NCBI GenBank assembly: GCA_000002435.2
Contig: CM018792.1
Direction: 5' to 3' (one strand)
DNA: 64,000 nucleotides
From: Giardia intestinalis
Taxonomy: Eukaryota
The notes under the pieces are model-generated. The model made no database searches. It worked only from the letters and a program-made list of their open reading frames with translations, and was not told where the DNA came from. Within the stretch, counting starts at the first letter, position 1. Each line of letters starts with the position of its first letter. The position numbers were made by a program, and so were the translations under genes. Positions 27,500 through 42,500 of the stretch are shown here, piece by piece.

Positions 27500-27512
27500 G
27501 GCTCGTTCAGAG

Positions 27513-30500
27513 CTAATCACCAAGATTAAGGAGTATTGCTGTTCCACGCTTGACCCATTTTGCAGGCTTATCATAGCCACTGTGGAGCCAGATATTGATA
27601 ACGAACGATGGCTGCTCACGTGATCCTGTGCGAACAGGATAGTAGTAGCACGGGCATTCATAGAATACCTGCTGGAACTTCGCCGTTTTCTTCTTCGCCT
27701 CTTGGGGCTTGAACCGGATTATTGGGAGCGTTAGATAGAGATCCATCAGGCGAGGCTCTTTTAAGTAGCCTACGTCTAAGTCCCAGTTTGCGCCCTCAAG
27801 ATAGAAGTCATGGGCATAGAACCCATCTCCAAAAGCAGGCACGCTTCTATCGTCGATGTCGCGAAGAGGGTCAAGGTACCTCGTGACTTGGAAGCCCCAT
27901 TCGAGTTGATCGATAGCTATGTTCATTCTACGTGATGCCTGCTGCTGCAACGCGGTTAGGAAGGCGGTGGGCAAACTCAGTCCACCAAGCCAGTAACTCT
28001 TTAGTGAGCCGACGTTCGCCCACTTCTGTAGTTGCTCCACCCGCTTGATGAAATCGCGTGACCATGGCGCTAGAGACTTCGTGCTCTTGTAAATGATCCC
28101 CCAGGATGCAGGAACCTTACCGACTTGCAAGTCGTTGAGCACCTCATCAAGATACGCCGACATCATCGTCAGCCCCCTGATACCTCTTTGGAGAGTCGTG
28201 AGGTCGTCACTGATAATGTTCCTGAGCCGCATGTGGCGTTCAGATTCCTGTAGCAGGACTGCCTTCAGCGGTGCAGTTTGATCATTGATGTCTGTTATTG
28301 GGGGAGGGAGGTTGGTTATTGGGGCCGGCAGACTGTGAATGATGTCCTGGGCTAGCTTGATCATACGCTCGTCTCTCGCTGACAAACCAGTGCTTTCTTT
28401 CTTCTTTTTCTTGGTTCCATCCTCGTCGCCGTCGCCGTCGTCTGCTACCTTTTTGGCCTTCTTCTCTTTCTCCTTCTTCTTATCATCCACTTCGCCAGAA
28501 GAGCTGCCGTCGATGGACTGAATCGTTAGCAAAGTCTCGACAAGGGTTAGAGACTCCACCTTCCGAGAAGCGACCTCTGAGTTACTATGTTGCCCGAAAA
28601 CAGCGGGAAGATCAACCTGGGGTAACGTGGTGATATAGTCTCGATACTCCTGCAGGCTTCCTCGTTGCGGAATGACATACTCTGAAAGCGGGGGCGCGAG
28701 CAGATATCCGTCTCGCTTGATTGCAGTCTGGCAAAACACATGGTCTATGTAGACGTTGAGAACGCGCCTATCGAGATCGTCTATGACTCGCCCTCCATAG
28801 ATAATGGAAGCGACAAGGTACTTCAAGGCGTTCCACGGAATAGTATCATACAGCTGGAGATACATGGACAAAACCTCGACAGCAGTCTCGTAATCGGATT
28901 GCGTGAACTGGTATTGGATGTTATATCCTAAACTGCCAAACTTACGACGTTCGACGAGGAGCGTGTGGTAGAACGAGATGCCGAAAAGCAGCTTCCTATA
29001 GGCGTCATCCTTCTCGTCGGGTGTCATGGAAAACATGTTTTCTTGCTCCTCTTGAGGCACATGGTACGAGTCACGGACTTGTAGTCGTTCGAGAATCGGC
29101 TTATCAATGTACGTATATAGTTGTTGAAGATTGGCACGGACACCAGAGGGCGCCTCTGTCGTGATCTTTATGCTAGTCTGAAGGACACTTATAGGGAATA
29201 CGTTGGTGGGGTCTGATGAAATCCAAAGCCTGAAGTCTTTGTGCGGCGCTGAATGGGGTATATCTTCCACTAGCTGCTCCAGGACGGAGAAGAAACTCGG
29301 AGTTAGGTGCACATTGGCAAGTAACACCCAACGGCCCTCTTTCATGGACCGCTGGACGGCCTTCACTGCAACCTCTTGCTGGCCTTGGCCCAAAGAGATC
29401 TGATCAAGTTTATCTGCGCGGCCGCATGACTTGGCAAACGCCAAGAGCTGAGAGGTGGGATCAGCGCCTTGGGAAAGGATAAATAACAGAGGAATCTGGG
29501 GGGAAGAATCTGTCAATGCCAATCCCAAGTCAAATGGCGGTGGATTAGTGTATTGAGCCCCGATACTGTTTGCAACAAAAGTATAGATCGCGTTGATAAG
29601 GCGATCAGGTCTGAAGCAGCGCAGCACAAGCATCTTCTGGAGCTCGTTTAGCTGAGTGTCCCATTCGCCAACAAGAGGCGCCTTTTCAGGCGTATCGTGG
29701 ACGTAGTAGTTAGTGTACCAGTCTTTCAGGCGCTGCTCAATGCTGGGAAGAAGGTTGCTGAAGGCAGGCATCTTATCAAGAATACAAAGGCTGTCCCACA
29801 TTGCGCCGCTAATCCAAGTGGGATCGGGGTTCGGCGGCTGCTGAGACTTGTCGAACACCTGGCCGCCCTTGAGCAGAAAGGCATACTCACTCATATTTAT
29901 CCTGCCATAACTTTCCAGGATCTTCACGCACATATGCAGAGACAAGAGAATCTTGTGCCGAGTAAACAGACCACGGCAGCAGTACTTATAAACCGCGTAA
30001 GTGTGGTAGTCGTTGAGGAGTCTAATTCGGGCGCTAACGTCCTCATGCTTCTGGCTGTTATTGATGCTGTTAATAAAGAGCTTCATGTATGCCTCCAAGC
30101 TAAATTGGTACATAGGATCTACTGAGCCCAGATCTTCGAGAACAAAGTACAGCAGCGATGCCCTCTCGCTGACAGGCTGATAAGCCCGCCGTGCCATATC
30201 AATCTTTTTCTCAGTGATCGCAGAGGTTTCAAGCTGCTTTGTAATCTCTGCAGACGTGACTTTGGAATTTTCAAGAGTGGCAATAAGCTCCTCGTCGTCG
30301 AGAAGACTGCCAGACGATGTAGCCAGGAGACGCAATATCTCATCTTCCAGAAACTGCAACTTCACCCGCATATTGGCTGTGTTGAGAACGATCTTATTTT
30401 TAGATTCCTCTAAATCTGGGCGTTCCTTTGAAACGACTGCTCCCAGCAGCTGGTCTGTTAGACCCTCCTTGATAATCGTGAAGTTGATGATACAGGCCTT

Positions 30501-33500
30501 TGCAAAGACCTCTGGTGTGTACAGAGGATTGGGGAGGCGTGTCGAAACAAATATCCGGAAGTTATCATTCCACTCTACCTCTTTATCGCGGATCTTTATG
30601 AACCGCCTACCTTGTTTCTTGATAATGTCCTTCCGTATAATGACGTCCAAGGACGGATCAATTTGCTCCCCGACGTCTTCAAGCAACACGGGTGTCCCGT
30701 ACTGTATGCACATTTCAATTTGTTTCACTGCGTCTGCATCCTTTGCATTTATGATCTTGAGGTTCTCATCTGGGTTGCTGGACTGCTTCGGTGGCTTCTT
30801 TGATTGCTGAGTACCTACCTCAAGCTTGAGCGTTCCGCCCTCACTTTCTTCGCTCTGCTGTACATTCCCTACGTCTGTCTTGCTGTACTCAGGAGCCTCA
30901 AAGAAGAGCCTCTTAATCCATCTGGTTGCTTGGCGCTGAGGATCTATGATAAGTGGCGTTCTGTTGCTCGTCGTAATAAGTATCCCGTTCTCTGCGCTGA
31001 AGTTATCCTTTGGAAGGCCAAGCAAGCTCCATTGATAGATGAGGGCCTGCCCGGCTAAGAACTCCGAGACGCTGTACTTTTCAGGGTCTGTGCACGGAAT
31101 CATCCACACATTGACAGCGTTGACCCACTCGGTCAGAACATATGAGCGGAACCGCCCAGTGAGTCCGCCAGCGTAAGATATGAAGGCAGCCGCTGTCAAG
31201 CAGTCTCCGGGCAGCGATGACAGATTGTAGGTTAGTGTCTGGATCTTCTTCGTCCACCGCTCCTTTTCGCCTCCAAGACCACTTATAAGCTTTTCGGCGC
31301 GGTTGAGCTTTAGGGCAAGTTCCTCGGCAAGCCTTCGAAGCCGGTCGCGTTCAGCAACCGCAGAGGCATGCTCACTCTTGAGTTTTTCGACGGCGGCAGC
31401 AATGCGAGCAAGCTCATCTTGCGCTGCCTGAAGTGCACGCTCCTTTTCGGCCAACTTATTCTTGGCGTCCTCCAAGGCGTCTTGTTTTGGTTTAACAACT
31501 TTGTAGACGCATGCGTACTCATAAACAGCACGAACCCATAGACAAAGGGACTTCCCAGCCACAGAAACACGCCCGATTGCGTCGACAGTGTAGTTCTTGT
31601 CCATGTAGTACCGCTTAACCTTCTTGAGCATCGTCTCAGGGATATTGTTAACATCATAGTTAATCAGCTTCTCCAAAAACTGACCTTCTCCCATAACTAT
31701 TTTAGCAGACTTATAGTCTGTATCGCGATTAAGAAGCGTCATAACACCGGCCAGAACCAGTTTAACAAGCTCTGGAGGCTGTGTAAACGAGCGAATTTCG
31801 TAGATATCCTTAGAGTCAAGACTCTCCAAGGCCTTCTGAGCAGCCTCCAGGGCAGGAGTCGCCTCGTCTAGGTCCTTCTGGGCCTCTTTCATCTGTCCCA
31901 TAAGGACCTCCTTTTCTTTCATAAGCTTCTCCGAGTCGATCTGGATTAGCCTCTGTTTCTCATCTATCTCACGCTGCTGAACAGCTATATTCGCAAGCAG
32001 ATTCTCACAGTTCTCCTGAGACTCCAGAACAACCACTTTCGTCGTTTCCAACTCCTTCCGCATCTCCTCGACAGTCTCGCGCGTCTCCATGAGCTTATTG
32101 ATACCGCCCTTAAGTTTGTTTATATCATTGGTAATCTTGTGGCGCTGCTGAAGAAGGATATCTCTATATAATCGGACAAGGGACAGGTATCCTGCTGGAG
32201 TAACGTGGACCTTGCGTTTAGAAGCCAGCTCCATTTCCAGGGCTGTCTTGTGGGATACGTCGTGTGCCGTAACAAAGGCTTTCGCCAGCTTCCTGCGGAG
32301 CGACATGCGTGTCGGGTCTGTAGTGTCTGACTCGTCTCTGCTGCTGTTTTGAGAACTTCCTCCTCGCGCAGTAGTTGCAGGTGGCTGAGCCTTTTCTTCA
32401 ACGATATTTCCATTCTCATCGATCTCCAATACGCGCTGCATGTTCTCAAATTCATCCAATTCCTTGAAATCTGAGAGGAAGTAGAGCGCGACTTCCTCTA
32501 ACGCCGAAGTGGGCCAGTCTCCGAAAAGATCGAGGGTACACGAGCCAACCAATGACGGAAACATGCGCAGACGGCGCCGAAACACCTCTCCTGATGGTGA
32601 GAAAGCTAAAACTATGTGAAGGTTGACCTTCGATCTCTGCAGGAGCATCTGATAACAATTCTCCATTGTCTCGCTCATGCCATACTGCTTGCATACAGGA
32701 GACAAAGCGTCGCGTATCTGGCTCATTTCGTCTTGCGTAAACAGACCAGGTATCTCTCCAGAAGACAATATTGAATTGACATCCTCTAGAAACGCCTCGT
32801 CGGCGATTTGCTGGTCGGAAAGGAGGAAGCACACTGCTTGGTTATCAACGCCGGCCATGAGAAAGAGCTTCTTCATATCTTCGCGGAATTGGGCAACCCC
32901 GTAGTTCTTTGCTAGGTCTATAGAAAAGACAGTTTGCCGCTGGAGATGCGCTGCAAGCCGTGTCATACTACTGCGTCCTGATCCACCTGATCCAATCAGC
33001 AGTGCGTGACCAGACGGAGAGGAGAGAATTCTGGCAATCCGACAGCAATGATCAATCGCGTCATTGAAGAGAACAAGATTCATGGATGCTGCACCGGAGT
33101 TGTTGTATTCTCTGAGCTTTTCCTCCATGAAGGTCTTGAGCATCTTCTTGCTGGTTATCTCCTGGAAGACGCCTACTTCTGTGTCAGGATCCTGATTGTT
33201 AGGAATTGTCGAGATCCACTTTGTCTCCAAGAAGTCTACAAATAGCGGAGGCTGCTTTTCATAGAACACACGGCTGAGGGTTGTATTGAAATGGTTTCCG
33301 AGCTTTGAGCTGAGCAGGTCAAAGAACCAGGGGCGGTCCGTTTCAACCAGCCGGTCGTGATAAACGCGGAGGCACTCGTGTGTCCAAAGCCGAACAATGG
33401 AGTCCTGCGTTGTTTGCTGCTGCGGGTCGGCCTTCATAAGGCTCAAGAAGAACTTGGACAAGTCACGTAAATTGAACACGTAATGCGGCTTCAGTGGTGT

Positions 33501-36500
33501 CGGCAGAAGAGAAGAAGAGACCTGAGCGTAGATCTCTATGCCAGACGTCACTAGGGTATCAACCATCTGCCTTATTTGCTCGTCAAAGCCAAGTGCAAAA
33601 TGGGCGTTCAGGAGGGTGTGGAAGATGCCCTTCAGGACATTTTCACTGGGTGAATCTATTCCAAAGATGCTAAACAAGGAGAGGTTACGCGCACAGATGG
33701 GGTTCCGCCCGCCACCGGGGACAGCCATAGCAGGTACAATATCCACGTCTAGAATAGAGGACAAATAGTACTTATCCTTCTTCTGTCTGTACATTGTCCC
33801 GCGATCCATAACCTGACGCATAAACTCCAGAGGCGGCTGGGAACCGAATGCATCGCGCTGTGGAAGGTTATAGTCATCGAAGAAGGCCAAAAGCCGCTTA
33901 CCACCGACCGGTCCCATGGAGGTCGTCGAGCGCGGCTGCAATCGAGATTCCAAGACAGCCTGAAGGCGCTGCGGAGATGTTTGCGCAGAAAGACCTAGCG
34001 ACACTATGTTGTACTTTCCAATATTTCCACCAACAAACATCTTCTCCAGATTTGTGGCCCCATCGCAGGCTACTTGGAGAGTGGAATAGTACTCATAGGC
34101 AGAGTTTGTGATCAGGCCCTGCTCGAGTGCGGGAATGATGATGTTTTTAAAGATAGACGTCTTCCCAGTTCCGCTGACTCCATAGAGCATTACCCCGTAC
34201 GAAGTGGTGTAGCTATTGGCAGGCCCGACTGTGTGGTAGTTCCTGATCTCGATAGACTCTATCGCTGCGTGAAGGATTGCTGTTTTAACCACGTATTCGG
34301 TGCGGAGAGTATCCACCGTGGGAACAAGAGTTGAGTACAGGGGAATGGCTGGATTGGGTCGCCACCCTCTCGGCAAGACCTCGTTCCAGTGTACCCAGCT
34401 GCGACGGCCGTGGTCCACCTTATAATCCCAAACGGTGTCTGCCACTGGAAGAGCACCCTCAACTTCACGGATAATCAAGTCGAAGTGTTGTCTGCCGTCC
34501 GAATCCAGACTGCCACCGAACGCCCAGACCAGTGAGAAGACGATATACATTTCAACAACGCGTTGTACCATCCCATCATTATCAAAAATGTCAATCCACA
34601 CACCATTATGGGGCTGCGCAAGGGCCTCAAACATGTTGAAGAATGTCCGCATCATGGAGTATACAGAATAGTCGATGGACTGGGTCAGGATGCCTTGCTC
34701 TTTTGCATCGAACACCTTATTAAATAGCTTCATTCCATAACCCTCCAGAGTATCTATTATCAACTGGTTAGTCTCCGCTGGTACATCATGCTTTATGAGC
34801 TCCTTATAGTTGGAACTATCGCCCTCGTTTTCCTTGACCTTGGCTATTGCTCGCTCCAAATTAAACTGAAACGTCCCATAGCGCTCTCTAACCAGCTCAT
34901 TCCTTGTCCTCGAGCGATAAAACTTGTCTATTCCGTGCCTATAGAGCCATCTCCACTCTATGTCCGAGAGATCACAGTAAATCATTCCTGCACGGGAGAC
35001 AGTAGCAGGAGAGGCTTGTGAGAGATCATTTGCCTCAAACAAGAAGTTGACGGCCTTAGGGAACGAGATACGCTCACCGTTGACAAGTGTTAGTATCTTT
35101 GAATCGTCAAGCACTGAGTTGAGGGACTCTATCCACAGTGTGTCCACAGGGCCATCGAAAAGCGTAGTGTAGTAGGTCTTATTGTTGGGATCATTACCCA
35201 GTGCTGAGCTGCTGCGGATACAATTGGAGACAACGCCATCAACCCATTCTTGGGTCGCCATGTCAAACGCCCCATACAGCTGGTTGATGTTGAGGGCTTT
35301 GGGATTTATGTAGTCTATCACAACGTCGTAGGCGTCATCGTATGGGGTGCGGACCTTCTCATCATAGACTGGCTCCACCAACACGTCACCGACGGTGGTG
35401 TCCTTCTGATCTCGTGCGGGAGTAAAGGCATACGCACCTGTGTTAGAGTCATATTTGTAGACATCCTTCATGTAATGGATACATTTAGCTAGGTAAACTG
35501 TTTCTTGTATATGCTTAGACGTTCCTGTTTCGTCTTTGTACAACTTTTGCAGAAGGTAAAGGTATGGGGAGACAGCCTTGAATGGAATTTCCTGTGAGTC
35601 GACGACGTGTTTGATCATTATGCAATAGGGGTTCTTAAGAAAGGCCTTGGCCTGTACAGCCCCCTTGGGCTGAGTTGCTTCAAGATACTCTGTATATGCT
35701 TTCTTAGCGCGAGCGCGAGCAGCCGCAAGCACCTCGTAACAGGTTGTTTTGCCGGAGCCAGAATTCCCAATGACCATAACTCCGTGCCGGGACTCTTGTG
35801 TTTCTAGAAACTGGAAGATCTTGTCGCGCTGCTTAGTGTTGATATGAATGTTCCGTACTGCCATCTCGATATCCACGCCTGCTTCCACAAGCCCGTACGA
35901 AACGTCCTGCAGCTCTACACCCGGAAAGAGATCGCTAATTAGGCCTGTGAATAGAAGTGTGTCCTGGCGAACAAGTTTCGGCTCCGTGCTGTACTTGAGG
36001 CTCCTCATCATGATCATATCCTCCGGATACTCTGGATGGCTGCGCTTCAACATGCCTGCGGTCAGAAGAACCGCCTTCATTGCGCGCAGACCGAAGTCAT
36101 AGTGGCCTTGCTTGGAAAGCTGAAGGTTAGAAAGTTCAAATAGAGTCTTTGCCTTCATTCCTAAGGACTTGGCTGTGGCGAAGCCCTCGGAAAGGATCAT
36201 GATTTCACAAATGAGTTGCATCTGTGGCACACACATTGAAATGGGGCGGAAAAGGGCCTTGAGGTTGTCAGGCAGCTCCGAGCGGCCGGCATAGCCTGGA
36301 TTCATGGTTATGAAAACGCCGCACGTGCGCTTTAAACTGATTTCACGTCCCTCAAAAACAAATCTAGACGCATTTTTAGAGATAGCTGCAAGGATGGTTC
36401 CGACTTGCTGTGCAACAACTGAGAGAACATCGACGTAGAGACGATTGAACTCGTCAAAGCAGCTCCAGGCGCCTGTCTGGCAAAGACCCGAAAACATCCG

Positions 36501-39500
36501 ACCCAAAGACTTGTAGTCCAGACCCTCGGAGCAGTTGAAGATGAGACATTGGATGCTTATGGCCTTGGCAAGGTCCTTCGTGGTCTCGGTTTTTCCAGTA
36601 CCAGCAGGTCCTTGTGGCGCACCGCCCTTACGCAACTGTAGAGCAGAGGTCAGAGTAACGTAGCACCGATCTGTCAGAGGTGTGCAAACAAGTCGGCCAG
36701 TGTTTGCCAGGTACTCGTACTGATAGGCAAGAATTGATGTGGTTTGGCGAATGACTATACACATAGTCATGTCCTCGCGCTTCTCCTCCTTCTTTTTTTT
36801 CTTGTTGCTCGGCTGGTCAAAGTCACTGCCCACCAACTCCAGGTAATACTTTAGTTGGCTGAACCACTCAAAGCATTGGTCGTTGTAAACCTTAGCATGG
36901 TAGAGCTCTTCTATTATGTCACGATTATGGACTTCTAGGGTAATGTGGGAACGCACCTTGTTCTGAATAAGGGAGCCCTGGAAGTTGCATGGGTACGGCG
37001 CTGCTTGTGGCACTACAAACTCCGACCGTTGCTTGCGGACGATTTCAGTTAGCTTGCTGAGGAAGATCATAGAGCGTTTGCGGGAGTTTTTAAGGTTACG
37101 CCGAACAGTGTCAAGGCAGTCCTGGAACCCAGGTGTTTGCATGAGTTGTTGCATAAGAAAGGCCTCGTCATCCAATTCTTCCTGAGGCTCCTCTGCTGCT
37201 GTCTCGTCTCCACCATCAAGGCCATCCTCTCCAGGTCTGTCGAAAGTATCTTTTTTATTCCTCAATGTGGGAGCTTCTAGCTTGGTTTTGTCAAGGAACT
37301 TTGCCCCGCTAGAGAGTGCGTGTGCAACGTGCTGCGTCCATCTGATCTGGTTGCTTGCTATAGTAAGTTGACCCGGCCACTTTCCAAGCAATATCTCTAA
37401 CGGCAGCTTTCCGTTGACCATGTCCAAGAGGCAACGCGGCGCCATGTCTTTTAGAGTTGCGCGCATACAATCTTCCACCTGTCCGAGCCAGACTTCAACG
37501 GGAACTCCTGTGCAGATGATATTTCGAAGAAATGGCACCAACTCTCCGCAGTCCCCCCTCATGCCCGAAGCAATAACGACAGTATTTGGCTTAAGCTGGC
37601 TGACGTCGGTGTACTGACTGATATTTGTCCCAGCTTTGTCTGTGACGTCAAGAGACTTCATTGCATCAAAGCACTTGCGTATGTGTGGCTGCACAGCAAG
37701 TGGATTCTTCGACTGAGCCAAAATCTCAAGCAACTCGTCGTTGGAAAGGAAGTAGAACCGTGGGAAGGAAACGCGCTTTCGCTCAAGATAATCCTCCAAC
37801 CTCTTTTGGATCTGATCGAGCGTCTGAGAAATCTCTAGCATTGATTTAATAATCACAGAGGATCGTCGTAGATTAATCTTAGAGCCGATATTTGTTTGCA
37901 GCAGCTCTAGAATATCGAAACAAACGAGGACCCGTTTCTCACGGTGAATGCGTGTCATGGACTTCTTCCAAAGTTCATTGGCCTCGTCGAAAAGCTGGGA
38001 CTCTGCCGGAAGCTGCTTACGGATATCATCAGAGGCGGCAAAAATGGTCTCCAAGTACATCCAGGCACGCTGAGAGTTCAGGATAATCTCGATTCCTTCA
38101 GAGACCTGGGAGAGCACCGCGTCCCACGTGTCCAGCTCCTGCTCAAATGCCCGTGCATACTTGGATCCCTTCATTGTTGATATGGACAAGGAGTGCTCCT
38201 CTAAGTTTGCAAAAAGGTCCTCCAGGCCCTTCAAAATGTAATAGGTGGGTTTGTTTCGTACATCCCCGCCGTACGACTTGCTCTGATACGTTGCAACATT
38301 AAGCTCAAGCATGTGCCACTTCTTGACGATGTCACGCATTCCCTCTTCAATGAAGAGCTCCTGCGTGGCGCCGCTAGATATCGCAGCAATGGATTCAGCG
38401 TGCACCATGAGTCCGGAACTTATGATAAAATGTAGAGTGAAGTGCATCGAGTCCGGATCAATGATGACTTTGTCGTAGGCTTCATTGTTCACGGCAGAGG
38501 AGGAAAGCCCAGCCGATGTTGTGGAAGAATCAAGGTTGACCCCGCTTGAGACAAGGTTAGATAGTTTGGCAATTGGCTCTCCTCCTGAGGCAGGTCCCAG
38601 AATATTGGGAGTGTCTTTCGGGATCAGCAGGTAGATGCCAGTTATTTCTGAGATCTGTGCCCAATGGCGCGGACGCATAGCGGTGTTTTTGAGGTCCTGG
38701 CTAACAGCGGGAACAGGTCGGTACTCCTCAAGCTGCAGAGCAAGAGTCTTCGAAACAGGAAATGCTTTTGTATCGTTGGGAAGCTTTCTTACCGAGATTT
38801 GGTTTTTCTTAATTTCAGCATCGAGCTGCTCGTGATCAATGTGGCGCATCTGAGTTCGCTTCACGCTGCTGTAGTAATTGTTCCAAGCGGAAGCAATAGA
38901 CCATATGCTCTTGAGCTGCTTGATCATTCCTTGTATTATGCTCAGCTCTTTTACGTCCTTGAATTCAGCTTGGAAAATCCTCAACCCATGCTCAACCTGT
39001 TCTTTCAGCTGGAGCAAGTCGTCATACTTGTTCTCAAAGCGATGAAGTATCCGCTCCGCCTGCTGTATGTCCTCGGCCGTCAGAGCAACACCCTCGATTG
39101 CCTTGGTTACAACATTGGGAGAATATGGTCCTTCGCTCTGGACTAACGTCTTCAGATCCATACACGCTTGGGTGAGATTGGCCTGGTCTCTCGTAACCTG
39201 GTCTCTGAATTTGGTTCGTTCCACAGCCACCTTCAATTGCGCAGAGTCGATGGCGCCCTTCGCCTTTGTAATAAGATCTGTAAGACCGTTTAAGATAACA
39301 AGCTTATCTGCAGACACGTTCGCTTCTAAGGTCATAAGCAGTTGGAACTTCTGCCCTATAGGTTGGCAGCGCTCATTAATGCTGCCAATAAGTACCTTTG
39401 CACTGTCTAGGTTTGTAATCTGACGCTGGAGGTCATCCAGGTCGCGAGACTCTTTGTCCAAGAGCAGGATCATCTCGTTAAGATCGTTAGTGACCAATTT

Positions 39501-42500
39501 GAGCTCGGAAAACGCCTTCTCTTGGAGAACGTCAATAAGATAACTCTGGAAGTCGGCGCTCTTGCGCGCAAGTTCTGTCTTGAGATTGGTACAGTCAAGC
39601 TGGATGACAGACAAGTGTATGTGTGACTCCTCTTGCTGCAGGTCAGCTTCTAAGCGCTGGAAGCTTTTGAGCGTATCTTCATAGACAGACAGAGGCTGCG
39701 ATAAGAGGTTATGGCGTATTTCGTACCCTCGCATATCCTCCAGCCAAAGCTCGGAATAGCGAGCAAAGTTCCCGGCGTAGGTTGTCGCTTGCTTGCAAAC
39801 CGCATCTAAGCTATAGCGTATCCAGGCTATGGCATGCCCCAGTGCATTGGTGTTGATTCCCTTGGCCTGCTGGTCTGTAGCCTCATCGGGACAGCTGCTG
39901 GGCGAATAGACTGTGACGGTATTAGCTGGCTGATCCAAAATGTTAATTGCAAATCTAAAGAGATCTAGATACGGAATTCGAACCTTGTATTCTGGCATCT
40001 TCAGAGACGCCCATTCATCTATGTCCGCACGCAGCACGGCTATCTCAGCAGGAGATGTTTGCAGGCCCTCTCTCTCCCGCTGATCTATCTTCTCCTGAAA
40101 GATACGTTCTGCCTCTGCAATCCGCATTTCCCGCAAACGGCGCTCCTTCGCTGAAAGGGATATGTGGAAGCGTTCTATACGTTCAACGATACCCAGAATG
40201 GCGGATCTCAGGACAGTGACAACAGCGCCATTCAGCTCGTCAACAGATGGGCTAATAATGGGATGCTTAGTGAGAACCAAGAAGAGTTTAAAGATCGGGA
40301 TGGCCTCTGGCTTATAGGCAGACATGTCTAACGGCCTGGAACGACGTCCAGTCATGATGAAGGCCAGCTCCTCAAAGCTCTGGACAAAAAGAGCGAGCAG
40401 CGACACCTCAATCCGGGATTCTATTTGAGAAACAAACTGGATCCACTCTGCTTGTACTGAAGGGCCATCTTTCCGGAAGATATTATAGCAGCTTACAAGA
40501 GAATCTTCCGCTAGGTTAAGGGTCTCAAAGAATTGGCGTGTGGCTGAATCCAAAGTAACACGTTGGTTAGACACAAATTCAGAAAGCTGAAGTGGCCCAC
40601 TAGTGGACGATCTCTCACCAAGTTGGGCGTCGTCGTCATCTGCAAGGCTTTGCTCCATCGATTGGGCATGGCTCAAGGAACTGGATGACGATGTATCCGC
40701 GCAAAGCTTGCAATTGATGAGAGAAATGGAGCTTAGAGACCTGATGCAGTCCTCGATAGTCTTCCGTTTGTTGTGGAATAGGCACGTCAGTGCAAACGCT
40801 TCAATAGCCAGCTTTCGCGCCTTCATAATGAACTGGAGAAGACCACGGGTATTCCAGCCTATTTTTGTCCACGCATCCGAGAGATAGTTAGACAGCTCGG
40901 AGAGGCGCGAGCGGAACAAAAGGATCTCATCAGGCGCTAGGTTATCCACAACACGATTGACCTCAGAGACACAGAGAGATACAAGCTCCTTTTTCTGATG
41001 GAGCGCAGTTCGGCGCGAGTACAGTTGCTTGGCGTTTTCAGGGATGTCGTATCCTAACTTGCTCCAGTACATGACTTCCTGCAAGCAGTTCTTGATAGAG
41101 ACAGGGTACTGAAGGCTAACCCGATTCAGAAGAAGGATTGTGTTCGTCGTCTCCTCGTGGGGCTCGTCCTTTGCTTGGGGTGCTTTCTTAGCTTTGTCAC
41201 TTGATGTCCCCATGTCCAGGGCGTTAAGTGCCGAGTCGACGTTTAGTTTTTCCTTAAGAGCATCTGGAATGGGCGTGAGAGCCATGATCGGCTTCTCTAG
41301 CTCTGCCTCGAAATTGTACGACTTGATGCTCGAAACCCATTCGCGGAAGTTTCTGTCTATGTAGCTTTCAAAAAGAGCTTTAGTTTTGGCGTAAATCTCA
41401 ATGGCCTCGCGTTCGTCGCGGGAGTAGTTGACTAATAGTTCGACTGCCTGCCTGCTATCATTGGTTCCAACACCAGATGCCGCGGCTGCAGCATTCCTCC
41501 GCTCCCTGTTTAGGAGTTCTGAGGCAACTTGGCGAGCACCTGGGGAAAGCCATATGACAAGGGCATCCCAGTCACGCTCCAAAGCGCTGAGTAACCGTTT
41601 AATATTCACCGAATTCATAGCGATGCGCGGCTGGAATGAAGCAAATGTCAACACCGTAGAGTGTGCCACCGTCGTCGCCATACTGGCCGAGGCCTGGTCA
41701 ACGTCCAGTTTGCGCTCGGGTTGAGCATGCTCGTCTGTGCCACTGAGTGCCACCTTTGCTGATGCCTTTGCAGTTCCAGAATTAGCTCCACTGACAGCCT
41801 TCGTCGACCTGGCTTTTGTCCCCAGTGGGGCTTTTGCAGCTGCCAGCTTGGTAGTCCTTTTAGTGTCCCTAGCCTCTGACGGTTTGCTTTCAACATTGGT
41901 AGTGTTAGACGCTGTCCTTAAAAGCTCAAACTGGCTTTTTATCTGTCCTGCCTTCTCAATGAAAAGGCGCACAGTATCGAGAGTTTTCTTTTCCACAGAG
42001 CGTCTGAACGCTGGGCGACTAGATAAATGGCTAAACGCCTCAAGGATAGCGCAGGTTTCAACAACGGAGTGGCTAGATTGGGAAAAGTTTGTTGAGATAA
42101 TGTTCTCAGTGAAGATAGTGAGCGCCTTGATCCCCTGACGGTAGGCTGCGACAGACTCGTGCCACGAGTTTGATCGCACGTCAAAGTGATTGTATGGAAC
42201 ACGAGAAAGAAGGGCGAGATGGCGTAAGAATGTGCGCTGAATCTCCCTAAAGGACCGCCGGATCATTTGGCCTAAACTTCCTCCAAATTTAGGAAGAAGA
42301 TACTCAGCAGAGTTAATGTCTGCAAGTGATGCCGTGTTAAGGTTATCGTAAGGTGGCTTTCCAATCTGAGAGAGGAGACTCATGTCGACTGTCAATCCAT
42401 TAGGAAGCTCTATTGTTTCTGTTTTAGGTGTGGCAGAGAACGTGTTCTCCTTAATATGTTGCTTCCCATTTTGCTCTGCACCCGCATTGGAATTAGTGTG

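Noticed and set aside
30214-30810. 198-aa plus-strand ORF (and others at 38664..39146, 39067..39423, 41737..42138, 29697..30125) inside the dynein gene
   Set aside because: They are antisense to a strongly conserved, motif-rich dynein coding frame. Long spurious antisense ORFs are expected in a 16.7 kb moderately GC-rich gene. They have no domain and no A/T-rich start context.
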